Of a stretch of 64,000 nucleotides of DNA, positions 29,363 through 39,683 are shown piece after piece; positions within the stretch are counted from its first letter, which is position 1, and every line of letters begins with the position of its first letter. Source of the stretch: an uncultured virus (IMG/VR IMGVR_UViG_3300015607_003164) (lineage: Duplodnaviria; Heunggongvirae; Uroviricota; Caudoviricetes); the IMG/VR virus record IMGVR_UViG_3300015607_003164; one strand, written 5' to 3'. The notes under the pieces were generated by a model, which made no database searches, was not told the DNA's origin, and was given only the letters and a program-made list of their open reading frames with translations. The translations under genes were made by a program, and so were the position numbers.

Positions 29363-29779
29363 ATGATAAACGAAAGTAAAATTCGCAAAATACAAGAAAA
29401 GATTAAACAAGCCTTTGCTGAGATTGAAAAAGAAGAAAATGTAAAAATTGAATTCGGTTCTATCAGATATAGTCCTGTTCATTACTCAACTCAACTAACG
29501 GTTAAGTCACTTGAGAAAAATGAAATGGTAGACAAGGCTCTTTTAATTACTTGTAAAAGGCTTGGCTTTACACAAAATATCATTGGTATGCAATTTCATG
29601 GTAGAAATGGAATTTATACTATTACAGAAATAAAAGTGAAAAATTTCAAATATCCAGTAATCGCAAAAGGACCAGATGAAAAATATTACAAATACTCTGT
29701 TGATCACATTAAGCGTTTAATTGGTGGTGATAAAATTATCAACCGAAATGCCAACTTGGACAAACTTCTTGGAGATTAA
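29363..29779 (+). CDS. Hypothetical protein with C-terminal tag
   Basis: ATG 5 nt after TAAATTTG (29350-29357); ends RNANLDKLLGD. Confidence 0.7.
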   Translation: MINESKIRKIQEKIKQAFAEIEKEENVKIEFGSIRYSPVHYSTQLTVKSLEKNEMVDKALLITCKRLGFTQNIIGMQFHGRNGIYTITEIKVKNFKYPVIAKGPDEKYYKYSVDHIKRLIGGDKIINRNANLDKLLGD

Positions 29780-29795
29780 AATTAATATATAATTA

Positions 29796-31133
29796 ATGAA
29801 ATTATTTAAATTTACAGAATTTATAAAAGAAAGCATTTCACAAAATGCTATTCCAACATATGAGCAAGCACTTGAACTTTGTTCTGGTGAAGATTCTCCA
29901 TTTTACGAGTCTAAGATGGAAGTAGATGGATATCCAGTATCTGTCTTTAACTATCGTCTTGCCCAATACAAAGACTTTGCCAATCCTATTCCTGAAAAGC
30001 CTGAGTTAAAAGGTTATGAAATGAGAGGTCTAACATTTGTTTTTAATAAAGATGGTTCTTTATTTAACAGATATGTTTTGCTTGAAAAGTTCTTTAACTT
30101 AAATCAAGTACCTGAATCTTTATACTCAGTTGTTAAGAACTATAAAATTAAATTTGTTAATAACAAAGAAGATGGTTCTATTGCTTCTTTTGTTAAATTA
30201 CCAAACGGTAAGATTGTTGGTAAATCTAAAATGGGATTTGATAATGATCAAGCTGATGGTATCAACAGAGTTTATAAAACTAATAAAGAAATTAAATCTT
30301 TAGTTGATTGGGCTTTGAATAATAACATCGTGCCAATTTTTGAATATGTCGCACCAAACAACCGTATTGTATTAAGATATCCAAGTGAAGAGTTAATCTT
30401 ATTAAGATTAAGAGATAATGCTACTGGTAAGCACATTGATATTAGAGATCACTTAGATAAAGTAGGTTCTGTTAGAGTTGCACCATTTGAAGATGATGTA
30501 AGAGACTTAGACCACTTAGTTGAATTGACTGCTACTCAGGTAGATAAAGAAGGCTCAATTGTTACTTGCGAAGATGAACAAGGAAGAGACTTTTTCTTTA
30601 AGATTAAGACTCCTTGGTATTGTGAGCGTCACGGTTTACTTACTGAAGACTTATATAGAGAACATGTTATTATTGGTTATATCCTAGATGATAAGATTGA
30701 CGATATCTTAGGTCAAGTACCAGAAGATGAAAAAGAAGCACATATTAGAATTAACAAAATTATTTCTATTGTGAAAAAAACTATTTCTGACAAAGTTTCA
30801 GAAATTGAAAAGGCTTACGAACAATTTGTCAAGTCCGGTATGACTAAAAAAGATTATGCCTTAAAAATGAGAGTTGGTAACCCTAACTTTGGTTTTGTAA
30901 TGAATATGGTTAAGGCTGATGATTTGAGAAAGATGTCTAAAGAAGAGATTCTTGATATCTATGATAATATGGAAGACTATGAATTGGCTTTACAAAGATG
31001 CGAACCATATGAAATGGCTAAAGTTTGGTTGAGAGATCAAACAAAAAGATTGGCTATTGCTAGAGAATGGTTACAAAAGAAAGACCCTACATTATTCTTT
31101 CAAGATCCAGAAGAATCTGATGATGATAATTAA
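29796..31133 (+). CDS. T4 Rnl1-type RNA ligase with capsid-targeting-like tag
   Basis: FNY, EMRGLTF, EKFFNLNQ, KEDGS, FEY, KEG, KIKTPWY..H; N-term MKLFKFTEFIKES. Confidence 0.88.
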   Translation: MKLFKFTEFIKESISQNAIPTYEQALELCSGEDSPFYESKMEVDGYPVSVFNYRLAQYKDFANPIPEKPELKGYEMRGLTFVFNKDGSLFNRYVLLEKFFNLNQVPESLYSVVKNYKIKFVNNKEDGSIASFVKLPNGKIVGKSKMGFDNDQADGINRVYKTNKEIKSLVDWALNNNIVPIFEYVAPNNRIVLRYPSEELILLRLRDNATGKHIDIRDHLDKVGSVRVAPFEDDVRDLDHLVELTATQVDKEGSIVTCEDEQGRDFFFKIKTPWYCERHGLLTEDLYREHVIIGYILDDKIDDILGQVPEDEKEAHIRINKIISIVKKTISDKVSEIEKAYEQFVKSGMTKKDYALKMRVGNPNFGFVMNMVKADDLRKMSKEEILDIYDNMEDYELALQRCEPYEMAKVWLRDQTKRLAIAREWLQKKDPTLFFQDPEESDDDN

Positions 31134-31170
31134 AAGAGAGTTTTTAACTCTCTTTTTTTATATATAGTAT

Positions 31171-31821
31171 ATGAAACATTTAAGACGAATTTTTGAATCT
31201 GTTGAAGTAACTAAAGAAGATATTTTAGAAAACTTTCTTTATATCACTGATAAGTTAGGTGAACCAACTATTCACTCTAATAAATTCGGAGATTCTAAAA
31301 AATGGATACTTATTTGGAATTTAGGTTTAGATATTACGCATTTACAAGAAGCACATAGTTTAATAAACAAACTTAAATCAATTGTGGAAGAAATTGATGA
31401 TGTTATTTCAGCATCAGAAAGACTATCTGATTGGAGCTTTAATATGTCACTATCTACAGATTTAAGAATAGAAATGATACCAAAAGAAACTGGTAAAGAT
31501 GAGTATGATTTTATCAGAGATTATAACTCAAGAACTTTAAATGTTAGAAAGTCAGAAATAGAAAGATTTTTTACATCAAGAGGATGTGTTGTTGCAAAAT
31601 TTGACTTAGATAGTTCTTATAATGAATATAATGAAAGTAATGATTTAGAAGTAACTCTTTCAAAACCAAATCCAACAGCAACAAGTGAACTAAGAGCTTT
31701 GATTGAGGCAGAGTTAGAGAGAAAAGCTGAAGAAATTGATAGAGAATATTCTGTAAGTAATTCAGCATCACATTTTAGTATAGTATCAATGGAAGAAAAA
31801 TCCTACATTGACTTGATATAA
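31171..31821 (+). CDS. Capsid-tag hypothetical protein
   Basis: MKHLRRIFES; TATATATA 4 nt before ATG. Confidence 0.7.
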   Translation: MKHLRRIFESVEVTKEDILENFLYITDKLGEPTIHSNKFGDSKKWILIWNLGLDITHLQEAHSLINKLKSIVEEIDDVISASERLSDWSFNMSLSTDLRIEMIPKETGKDEYDFIRDYNSRTLNVRKSEIERFFTSRGCVVAKFDLDSSYNEYNESNDLEVTLSKPNPTATSELRALIEAELERKAEEIDREYSVSNSASHFSIVSMEEKSYIDLI

Positions 31822-31844
31822 AGTAAATAAATTAGTATATTTGT

Positions 31845-32090
31845 ATGAGAATTTTAAGATTTAACGAAATGAAAGTAAATGACCCAGAACACAGATGTAA
31901 AATATGTGGATCTCCTCTTTACAGAACTGATGGTGGTGGTCACAATGTAACACTTCAGTGTTCATCAGATGCTGCTAAATTTTGGAACTTCAATAGAGGT
32001 ACGAAAGAGCAACATGATTCTCATAAACATTTCATGGATTCTATTATGACTATTCCATTAGAAGAATGGAATGAACTTGAGACTTATTAA
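31845..32090 (+). CDS. Small zinc-binding protein with capsid-tag-like start
   Basis: MRILRFNE; CKICGS..CS..H. Confidence 0.65.
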   Translation: MRILRFNEMKVNDPEHRCKICGSPLYRTDGGGHNVTLQCSSDAAKFWNFNRGTKEQHDSHKHFMDSIMTIPLEEWNELETY

Positions 32091-32371
32091 AAACTTTTAA
32101 AGTCTTTTACTCCTCCAATATTTTGTAGCATAGGTGCGGCATTTTTAATGCTACTAACCGGCGATAAAGTTTTTACTTTGTCCGTATTTAAACAAGACTT
32201 CATTTCGTCTGGGTATTCAGTAAAATAGTCAATTAGAAAACTAACATTTTCTTCTTCTGATTTAGAATCATCCCACAGATGTCTAAGATTAGGTTTATTA
32301 GTTTCAATAAACTCTAATATTTCTTTCCTTAAAACAGGATTCCATTGAGACCATTCTTTTATAAATTTCAT
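32087..32371 (-). CDS. Hypothetical protein with variant tag
   Basis: MKFIKEWSQWNP. Confidence 0.6.
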   Translation of the reverse strand: MKFIKEWSQWNPVLRKEILEFIETNKPNLRHLWDDSKSEEENVSFLIDYFTEYPDEMKSCLNTDKVKTLSPVSSIKNAAPMLQNIGGVKDFKSF

Positions 32372-32374
32372 ATA

Positions 32375-33208
32375 TTATATATTAAATCTCCAAATGAATC
32401 CTGCGTAGAACTCTTTTTCACCTTTACAACATTTAGATATTTGATTTCTCTTCAAAGTTGAGTCATGGCTTTCTATCTCTCTTAAAGAATTCCATTCTTT
32501 TATTAAATTATTATTTAAATCATACTGTAATATTTTATACCTTTTGACTTTTCTACCAATAATTGATTTTCTTATCTTTTCTTTTTGTTCTTCTGTTCTC
32601 GGTTTTTTATTACCAACATTATTTGGGTTATTTAGCTTAGCTTGTCTCAGTCTTTCATTATGTTCTTCAGTCATTTTCTTACCATAAGCCCAATGATTTT
32701 CGGGGTTTGAAAAGTATTCTTTAAGAGTATTACTTATTTTTTCTCTAACTTTTGGATCATTACTCTTATTAGGATTATTTTCTTTAATCCTTTCGGAATA
32801 ATAGTTTTTTAACTCTAAAGACTTTTCAAATCCTACAATTTCTTCAAGTTTTTTACCTTTTTTAGCAGAAGACATTTTTAATTTGGTATTGATAGAAATT
32901 TCTGTTAAATCAATTACATGAGAGTTTGTTAGATTTAATCCTTCATTTGTCAATTTCTCTATATAGAATTTCTCAAGAAAATTTGATTCATCTATGGTGT
33001 TACATTGGTCTATTATTTCTATAATTGGCTTGTATCCATTATTTATTAGCTTTCTAATCCATCTGGCTTTGTAGGTATTATATGAATCGGAGTCATTTTT
33101 TATAGAAGATGATATATGATCATTATATCTTCTTTTAATATCATTTGTCTGACCAACATATCTAACTTCTAGTGTAACAGGGTCTTTTAGATAGTAAATA
33201 TATCTCAT
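32375..33208 (-). CDS. GIY-YIG homing endonuclease with NUMOD3/NUMOD1 motifs
   Basis: YIYYLKDP..VRYVGQT...R..H; LEKFYI; ILQYDLNNNLIKEW..ISKCCKG..AGFIW. Confidence 0.88.
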   Translation of the reverse strand: MRYIYYLKDPVTLEVRYVGQTNDIKRRYNDHISSSIKNDSDSYNTYKARWIRKLINNGYKPIIEIIDQCNTIDESNFLEKFYIEKLTNEGLNLTNSHVIDLTEISINTKLKMSSAKKGKKLEEIVGFEKSLELKNYYSERIKENNPNKSNDPKVREKISNTLKEYFSNPENHWAYGKKMTEEHNERLRQAKLNNPNNVGNKKPRTEEQKEKIRKSIIGRKVKRYKILQYDLNNNLIKEWNSLREIESHDSTLKRNQISKCCKGEKEFYAGFIWRFNI

Positions 33209-33309
33209 GTATTTTTTATTTTTATATATAAAATTTTACTCTGTTCCTTAATCAATACCATAAACTTTTTATTAATAAATAGTATAATGAATACTTAACA
33301 GGAATTATA

Positions 33310-33351
33310 TATGACAATTTGTCATAATTTAGTTTTTGGTATATAGTTTGA
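33310..33351 (+). promoter_or_regulatory. TATGACAA-T-TTGTCATA palindrome plus sigma54-like TGG-N10-GA upstream of dnaK
   Basis: Perfect 8-bp inverted repeat 33310-33326; TGGTATATAGTTTGA 33337-33351. Confidence 0.45.
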
Positions 33352-33381
33352 TAAATGTAAAATAAAAAAAATATAATAAAT

Positions 33382-35262
33382 ATGGTAAAAGATGTAATTA
33401 TCGGCGTGGATCTTGGAACCACAAATTCGGCAGTTGCTGTGGTAGAAAATGGTGAACCAATTGTAATCACCAACTCAGAAGGAAAAAGAACAACTCCTTC
33501 GGTTGTCGGTTTTACTGAGAACGACAGAAAAATAGGTGACCCTGCGAAAAGACAGGCAGTTACTAACCCAAAAAACACAGTTTATTCAATTAAAAGATTT
33601 ATCGGTAAAGACTATTCAGTTTGTACTGATGAAGTAACAAGAGTTCCTTACCAAGTTGTAAAAACTGGTTCTAACGTACCAGGTGTTCAAATTGGTGATA
33701 GAACTTATACTCCTCAAGAAATCTCTGCTATGATTCTTCAGAAAATGAAGAAGACTGCTGAGGACTTCTTAGGATATGAAGTAAAAAGGGCTGTTATTAC
33801 AGTTCCTGCTTACTTTGGTGACGCTGAAAGAACTGCAACTATTGAAGCTGGTGAAATTGCTGGTTTGAAGGTTGAGCGTATTATTAATGAACCAACTGCT
33901 GCTGCTTTGGCTTATGGCTTGGACAAGAAGAATACAGATTCTAAAATCTTAGTATTCGACTGTGGTGGTGGTACTCATGACGTATCAGTTCTAGAAATTG
34001 GTGATGGTGTATTTGAAGTAAAATCTACCGATGGTGATACTCACTTAGGTGGTGACGACTTTGATAACGCTATTATTAATTGGATGGTTGAAGAGTTTAA
34101 ATCCGAATACTCTATGGATTTATCAAAAGACCCAATGGCTCTTCAACGTTTGAAGGAAGCAGCTGAAAAAGCTAAGATTGAGTTATCTTCTACTTCTCAA
34201 TCAGAAATCAACCTTCCTTATATCACTGCTAAAGATGGTATGCCTCTACACTTTGTTAAGCAACTAACAAAAGCTAAGTTTGATCAAATGACTTCAGGTC
34301 TTGTTGATAGAGCTATTGCTTGTGCTAAGTCTGCTTTGAAGAGTGCCGGTCTAAAACCATCAGACATTGATGAAGTAATTCTTGTTGGTGGTTCTACAAG
34401 AATTCCAGCTATTCAAGAAGCTCTTGAAAAGTATATTGGTAAAAAACCAAATAAATCAGTTAATCCTGATGAAGTTGTTGCCTTAGGTGCTGCAATTCAA
34501 GGTGCTGTTTTAACTGGTGGTATTACTGACGTACTTCTTCTTGATGTAACTCCTCTTTCATTGGGTATTGAAACAATGGGTAGTGTAATGACTAAGTTGA
34601 TTGAGGCTAACACAACAATTCCAACTCGTAAGTCAGAAACATTCTCCACAGCGGCTGATAACCAACCATCTGTAGAAATTCACGTTCTACAAGGTGAGAG
34701 ACCAATGGCTAAGGATAACCGCTCACTTGGACGTTTCCACTTAGATGGAATCATGCCAGCTCCAAGAGGCATTCCTCAAATCGAAGTAACATTTGATATT
34801 GACGCCAATGGTATTCTTTCAGTATCTGCTAAAGATAAAGCATCTGGTAAGGAGAATAAAATCCGCATCGAAGGTGGTTCTCAATTATCTAAAGAAGAAA
34901 TTGAAAGAATGAAGGCAGAAGCGGAAGCAAATGCTGAATCAGACCGTCTTGAAAGAGAAAAAGTAGAAAAAGTTAATATGGCTGATAATCTTATCTTCCA
35001 AACAGAGAAACAAATGAAGGAGTACTCTGAAAAATTAACTGAAGATGATAAGTCAAACCTTAACGCTGATTTAGAAACCTTGAAAAAGGCACATTCTGAA
35101 AAAGATGTAACAGCTATTGACGAAGCATCACAAAAATTGAATACTACTTGGCAAACAATCTCAACAAGATTGTATCAAGAGACTCAATCAGAACCACAAG
35201 CTTCTAGCACCGACAATGGTAATGGCGATGTAGAAGATACTTCTTACGAAGAAGTTAAATAA
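33382..35262 (+). CDS. dnaK: Chaperone DnaK (Hsp70)
   Basis: [50 protein letters not shown]. Confidence 0.98.
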   Translation: MVKDVIIGVDLGTTNSAVAVVENGEPIVITNSEGKRTTPSVVGFTENDRKIGDPAKRQAVTNPKNTVYSIKRFIGKDYSVCTDEVTRVPYQVVKTGSNVPGVQIGDRTYTPQEISAMILQKMKKTAEDFLGYEVKRAVITVPAYFGDAERTATIEAGEIAGLKVERIINEPTAAALAYGLDKKNTDSKILVFDCGGGTHDVSVLEIGDGVFEVKSTDGDTHLGGDDFDNAIINWMVEEFKSEYSMDLSKDPMALQRLKEAAEKAKIELSSTSQSEINLPYITAKDGMPLHFVKQLTKAKFDQMTSGLVDRAIACAKSALKSAGLKPSDIDEVILVGGSTRIPAIQEALEKYIGKKPNKSVNPDEVVALGAAIQGAVLTGGITDVLLLDVTPLSLGIETMGSVMTKLIEANTTIPTRKSETFSTAADNQPSVEIHVLQGERPMAKDNRSLGRFHLDGIMPAPRGIPQIEVTFDIDANGILSVSAKDKASGKENKIRIEGGSQLSKEEIERMKAEAEANAESDRLEREKVEKVNMADNLIFQTEKQMKEYSEKLTEDDKSNLNADLETLKKAHSEKDVTAIDEASQKLNTTWQTISTRLYQETQSEPQASSTDNGNGDVEDTSYEEVK

Positions 35263-35305
35263 ACAGAATCGTAAGGAAAATAAAAAACCCAGTCAAACAG
35301 AATTT

Positions 35306-35425
35306 ATGAAAGATTATATTTTAAATAAATTTGACAATTCAGAAGATTTGCTTACCTTTGTACTCAATAAATTTTCTAAAGAAGATTTACAAGAAATTTT
35401 TAATAAAACGAACATAGAAATATAA
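35306..35425 (+). CDS. 39-aa ORF or 3' remnant of a deleted gene
   Basis: MKDYILNKFDNSEDLLTFVLNKFSKEDLQEIFNKTNIEI; follows what looks like half a terminator (AAAAACCCAGTC, no partner arm). Confidence 0.35.
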   Translation: MKDYILNKFDNSEDLLTFVLNKFSKEDLQEIFNKTNIEI

Positions 35426-35821
35426 ATGGCTAACGCTTATATACATTCAAAGTCCTCTGCTCGTAAGTTTGGAGGCGAACCAGAAGATTATCTTTCAATT
35501 CATATGAAAATGGATTGTTCAAAAGCTTATGTCGCTGATAATAGACATAGAGCGCTAACTCACACTAATTTTTGGATTCACGAAGTAATGATACCTATTT
35601 TTGGTTATACTATGAAGAATTCAGCGGGTCGTGAGTTTTCTGTCAAAGATGTCTGCGAACAACATATATTAGAAGACTTTGGAATGAGATTTATCCCAAC
35701 TGCTCAAGATTATCTTGAAAATATGGAGTTCAAGGATTGGATGCAAAATGGTATAAAAGGTCATCCATCATCTTTCGATAAGATTGCTGATAAAGGAAAT
35801 ATTAAAGTTAATTTAGATTAA
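35426..35821 (+). CDS. His-rich conserved phage protein (DUF6915-like)
   Basis: MANAYIHSKSSARKFGG..DY..IH..MD.SK....RHRALTH..EQHILEDFG..FIPTAQDYL. Confidence 0.65.
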   Translation: MANAYIHSKSSARKFGGEPEDYLSIHMKMDCSKAYVADNRHRALTHTNFWIHEVMIPIFGYTMKNSAGREFSVKDVCEQHILEDFGMRFIPTAQDYLENMEFKDWMQNGIKGHPSSFDKIADKGNIKVNLD

Positions 35822-35822
35822 T

Positions 35823-36548
35823 ATGATAGTAATTTGTAAAAGACCAACTAAGAGATTAGTTAAAGGTGTTCGATACGAAACAGGTAGCTTATATAACAGT
35901 GGTAATAATCAACGCTGGCGAGAAGGTACTGTAGAAATACTTGGCATTGGTCGATTTTCTGTTGATAATTTTACAGACATCAATGGAAGTCCTCTACCAA
36001 AGACTGATATTATTGTTCCATTGGCTCAGGTTGAAACATTAAAATTTGAAGACCTTAAAAAAGGTGATATACTTGTTTGTACTTCAGATAATTACAAAAC
36101 TCTTGGTAAAGGTTGTATGTATCAGATTGAAGAATTAAAGTCTATATCAAGTCAAAGAATGGGTTGGAATAAACAACCTTATACACACACCGAAAAAACA
36201 ATTAAATTTGTTGGTATTCCTCGTACCTTAAAATTCTCTTCTTGGCGTTTTAGAAAATTAACACCTCAAGAGACTCGTGAGATTTCATTAAACTCTGTTC
36301 TTCATGGCGAAGAACCTGTAATTGTAAAATCAAAAGACATAAGAAAAATTGAATTGGCTTCTAATAAAGATTTAGAACTGATGAATATGTTATCAAAGTC
36401 AATTATTGATCCAAATAGACACCATTTGTCAATTATTGAGTGGGCCTGTCAAAAATCTGGCACTAATATGGGAGTAACATCTGATGATTATTCTGACCTT
36501 TTGAATATGTCACTAAAAGATATTCTTGAGAAAATTGAAACAAAATAA
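35823..36548 (+). CDS. Hypothetical protein with two beta-rich repeats and an internal tag-like motif
   Basis: VICK..RLVKGVRYE and LVCT..TLGKGCMYQI; RKLTPQETREISLNSVL. Confidence 0.65.
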   Translation: MIVICKRPTKRLVKGVRYETGSLYNSGNNQRWREGTVEILGIGRFSVDNFTDINGSPLPKTDIIVPLAQVETLKFEDLKKGDILVCTSDNYKTLGKGCMYQIEELKSISSQRMGWNKQPYTHTEKTIKFVGIPRTLKFSSWRFRKLTPQETREISLNSVLHGEEPVIVKSKDIRKIELASNKDLELMNMLSKSIIDPNRHHLSIIEWACQKSGTNMGVTSDDYSDLLNMSLKDILEKIETK

Positions 36549-36582
36549 AAATTTAATATACAATAAATCTTAAAAACTTCAA

Positions 36583-37080
36583 ATGAATAAAGAAAAGTTC
36601 GCAATTCTCAAAGAGAAGCAAAATGAAATGCAAAAGTTGAAAAAAGAAATGTTAGAAGAATCTAACAGAATCTTTACTGAGCTGACAAAGGATATCTTTG
36701 TAGAACATCCAAAAGTTAAGTCTTTTAGTTGGTCACAATACACTCCTTATTTTAATGATGGTGATACATGTTATTTTTCCGTGAATAATGACTATATCAG
36801 TATCAATGGGGAACCAGTTGATGAATCAAATTGGATTAGTGAGACAAAAATCACAAACTATGGTACTTGGAATCGAGAAAAGAGAGAATATGAAGGTCGT
36901 ACTGAGGTTGCTAATTTAGATTATGATCCAGATTTAGCAAAAGCCGCTGATGAAATTCGAGAATTTCTCCGTAACTTTGACGATGATTTTTATCTTCAAC
37001 AATTTGGAGACGCGGAAGTCACAATTACAGCAGATGGTGTAAGTATTGATGATTGCGCCAAACAAAGAATTAAGTGGTGA
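36583..37080 (+). CDS. Conserved phage hypothetical protein, last residues probably replaced at a junction
   Basis: SFSWSQYTPYFNDGDTC.FSVN, FGDAEVTIT..G. Confidence 0.65.
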   Translation: MNKEKFAILKEKQNEMQKLKKEMLEESNRIFTELTKDIFVEHPKVKSFSWSQYTPYFNDGDTCYFSVNNDYISINGEPVDESNWISETKITNYGTWNREKREYEGRTEVANLDYDPDLAKAADEIREFLRNFDDDFYLQQFGDAEVTITADGVSIDDCAKQRIKW

Positions 37081-37897
37081 TCGTATCATTGCTGTTAATG
37101 GTGAAGCAGGTTTTCAAGCAAAGATGCTTGAGACTGGACTACACTGGTTTATGTGGCCTTGGCAGTATTCAGTTGATATGCAAAACTTTATTGTAATCCC
37201 TGAAGGTCATATTGGTCTTGTGTCGGCTAAAGATGGTGCTGTTCCTAAAACAGGTCGTATTTTGGGTCGTAGAGTTGAGTGTGAGAACTTTCAAAATGCT
37301 GAGCAGTTCTTAAAGAATGGTGGTCAAAAGGGTCGTCAGTCAGCATTTATCCCTAATGGTTCTTATAAAATAAACACTTTACTTTTTGAAGTATCTGCTG
37401 TTAAACAAGCAACTATTCAAGAAAATATGGTGGGTATTGTAACTACTCTTGATGGTGAGCCATTAGAAAATGGACAAATTGCTGGTAAGAATGTAGAAGG
37501 ACACAATAACTTCCAAGACTTTGATAAGTTTCTTGAGGCTAATGGTAACCGCGGTCTTCAACAACAAGTTATCTTGGCGGGTACTTATAACTTAAATCCT
37601 TGGGCTGTTCAAGTAGAAGAAGTACAAATGACTGAAATTCCTATTGGTCACGTTGGAGTTGTTATCTCTTTCGTTGGTGATGAAGGTGTTGACGTTACTG
37701 GTGCTAACTTCAAACACGGTAACTTGGTAAGTAAAGGTCAAAAAGGTGTTTGTGTAGAACCATTCGGTCCTGGTAAATATCCTATCAATAAATACACTAC
37801 TCGTGTTGAGTTGGTACCTACTACTAACCTTGTACTTAACTGGGCATCTGCTCGTACAGAGTCTCACAACTTAGATAAGAACTGGAACAATGGCTAA
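37055..37897 (+). pseudogene. Internal fragment of SPFH/flotillin-like membrane protein
   Basis: NGEAGFQAKML..GLHW, FLKNGGQKGRQ, GNRGLQ, GQKGV..PGKYPIN, VPTTNLVLNW; lacks N-terminal TM and stops where the SPFH core should begin. Confidence 0.75.
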
Positions 37898-38039
37898 ACT
37901 GATGGTGAAGTATGGTTGTCAAACTCCTGACGAGTATCGATCAATCCGAAAACAAAGGAGAAAAGATGCTCCAAAGAAGTCTCCTAAAGCAGAACCTGCC
38001 AAACCGGCACCGATGCCTCAGAAAGGAAAGAAAAAGTAA
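37890..38039 (+). CDS. 49-aa basic Pro/Lys-rich ORF (possibly a 3' remnant)
   Basis: MAKLMVKYGCQTPDEYRSIRKQRRKDAPKKSPKAEPAKPAPMPQKGKKK, then terminator. Confidence 0.5.
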   Translation: MAKLMVKYGCQTPDEYRSIRKQRRKDAPKKSPKAEPAKPAPMPQKGKKK

Positions 38040-38047
38040 TTAAAAAC

Positions 38048-38075
38048 AAAAAAGACACCTTCGGGTGTCTTTTTT
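38048..38075. terminator. Bidirectional terminator with TTCG loop
   Basis: AAAAAGACACC-TTCG-GGTGTCTTTTT. Confidence 0.9.
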
Positions 38076-38076
38076 G

Positions 38077-38316
38077 TTAATATAGGTCTTCATCATCTAT
38101 ATCAAGATCTATATCATCTTCAATTTCTTCGTATTTCTTTTTCGTAGTAGTTTCGACTTTTTCTTCTTTACCGTTAAGTAGTCTGTAAGTTAGACCGTTG
38201 TATAAAATATAATTACTTGGATCACCACCACCTCTGCTCCAAATTTCTGATATACCATTCTTAGTTGTTATAATTCTACCTTCTAAGACTTTGATTGTGC
38301 CTAAGATTTCACTCAT
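38077..38316 (-). CDS. Hypothetical protein with acidic tail
   Basis: 79-aa ORF with upstream TATATATA. Confidence 0.6.
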   Translation of the reverse strand: MSEILGTIKVLEGRIITTKNGISEIWSRGGGDPSNYILYNGLTYRLLNGKEEKVETTTKKKYEEIEDDIDLDIDDEDLY

Positions 38317-38399
38317 AAGATTAAATTAATTTTGATTATATATAGTAAAACATTTTTCTCATTTTTTGTTTTCTGATATTTATTCTTATATTTGCGTAA

Positions 38400-38807
38400 A
38401 TGAATACGCATAAAAAGCTATTATCAATGAATTTTAAAAAGTGTGATCCTCATAAGAAACATTCGGAGGGTTGGAGAGAACCATATAAAATGGTTCCTGA
38501 TACACACGAACTGAAACATCAAACTGTTAATGGCAAACGTGTAATTGTTAATGTTAAAAAGGATCACCCTAAATGGCGAATATTTTACAAGATGATATTC
38601 ACTGAAAGTATTAATATTTGGGTTGATACTGATAAAGGACAAATTAAAACAATTTGGTTAGAAGGCAATATAGCAAAGGATGGAGTGGAAGAGATATATG
38701 AATTTTATAAACACGGTTCAATACTCTTAGAAAGTAAAAAAGATATAATTAAATTATTCCCTAAGGCAATTCAAAGAGATTTTATAATAAGCGATTTATT
38801 TAAATGA
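38400..38807 (+). CDS. Hypothetical protein with C-terminal tag
   Basis: ATG 5 nt after TATATTTG (38387-38394); ends RDFIISDLFK. Confidence 0.7.
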   Translation: MNTHKKLLSMNFKKCDPHKKHSEGWREPYKMVPDTHELKHQTVNGKRVIVNVKKDHPKWRIFYKMIFTESINIWVDTDKGQIKTIWLEGNIAKDGVEEIYEFYKHGSILLESKKDIIKLFPKAIQRDFIISDLFK

Positions 38808-39214
38808 ATATAGCATTTACAGATATAGATGGTGTTCTAAACACAGTTAATAGAAATCAATGGAATAAAACATCTGTTGATTTGTATAATAAATTATGTC
38901 TTGAATTTAATTTAAGACCAGTTGTTACATCAACATGGCGAACTAATCATACTAAATATCAACTTCAAAAAATATTTACAGAACAGGGTATCTTGACACC
39001 TATCTATGATTATACACCAATATTTCCAGATGAAGGTAGAGGTGCTGAAATAGAACATTGGATATTCAACAACACGATAAACAAGTTTATTATCCTGGAT
39101 GATAATGTAAGAGATATACAATCATTTGGGTTACCAAATGTAGTTAAATGTAGAGGTTGGATTGGATTCTCTGAAGAAGAATACAATATAGCAAGAAAGA
39201 TTCTATTAAAGTAA
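38804..39214 (+). CDS. HAD-family phosphatase (RNA-repair-associated type)
   Basis: FTDIDGVLN, VTSTWR, TP..RGAEI..W, FIILDD. Confidence 0.8.
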   Translation: MNIAFTDIDGVLNTVNRNQWNKTSVDLYNKLCLEFNLRPVVTSTWRTNHTKYQLQKIFTEQGILTPIYDYTPIFPDEGRGAEIEHWIFNNTINKFIILDDNVRDIQSFGLPNVVKCRGWIGFSEEEYNIARKILLK

Positions 39215-39628
39215 TTCTTGGTGTTTAATTAATAACTCGCCTATCACTTCTATTTCACCCATTAATTCTTGGAATTCAATTTGTTCAATATTCATACCAT
39301 TACCAGTTTTCTCAACTAACTCATCAATTAAATCTTCATAGTGAGCCTTAGCCATTTTTGGGTTGAATTTACCATCAACAGCTTGTTCGTAGTATGGTAA
39401 TTTAACTTTGAAGTGATGATAGGTTAGAAGTGCGTCACCGCCCTTTTCTTCAGCATTATGTGTAATAGTAGTAGCACCATCTAAACGATGTTCTGAGAAT
39501 TCCTCGAACTTAATAATATTGTCTGTGCTATCATATTTTGTAGCAGAACCTTGTTGATTTGTTAGGTCACTAACTTGATGAGGTTGATCGTTATCAAGTA
39601 CTTCGTTAAATCTTTTTAATCTTTTCAT
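39206..39628 (-). CDS. Capsid-tag hypothetical protein
   Basis: Start moved to 39628 MKRLKRFNEV, 4 nt after AATATATA. Confidence 0.7.
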   Translation of the reverse strand: MKRLKRFNEVLDNDQPHQVSDLTNQQGSATKYDSTDNIIKFEEFSEHRLDGATTITHNAEEKGGDALLTYHHFKVKLPYYEQAVDGKFNPKMAKAHYEDLIDELVEKTGNGMNIEQIEFQELMGEIEVIGELLIKHQELL

Positions 39629-39683
39629 ATTGTATATATTAAAATTATTATTATATTTATCGTTATTAACTAAAACGTGATGA

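Noticed and set aside
31836..31843. TATATTTG as promoter for gene 31845
   Set aside because: Only 1 nt from the ATG, too close to transcribe the start codon
35353..35360. TACCTTTG as a host promoter
   Set aside because: Lies inside a protein-like open frame (35306-35425); cannot be distinguished from chance
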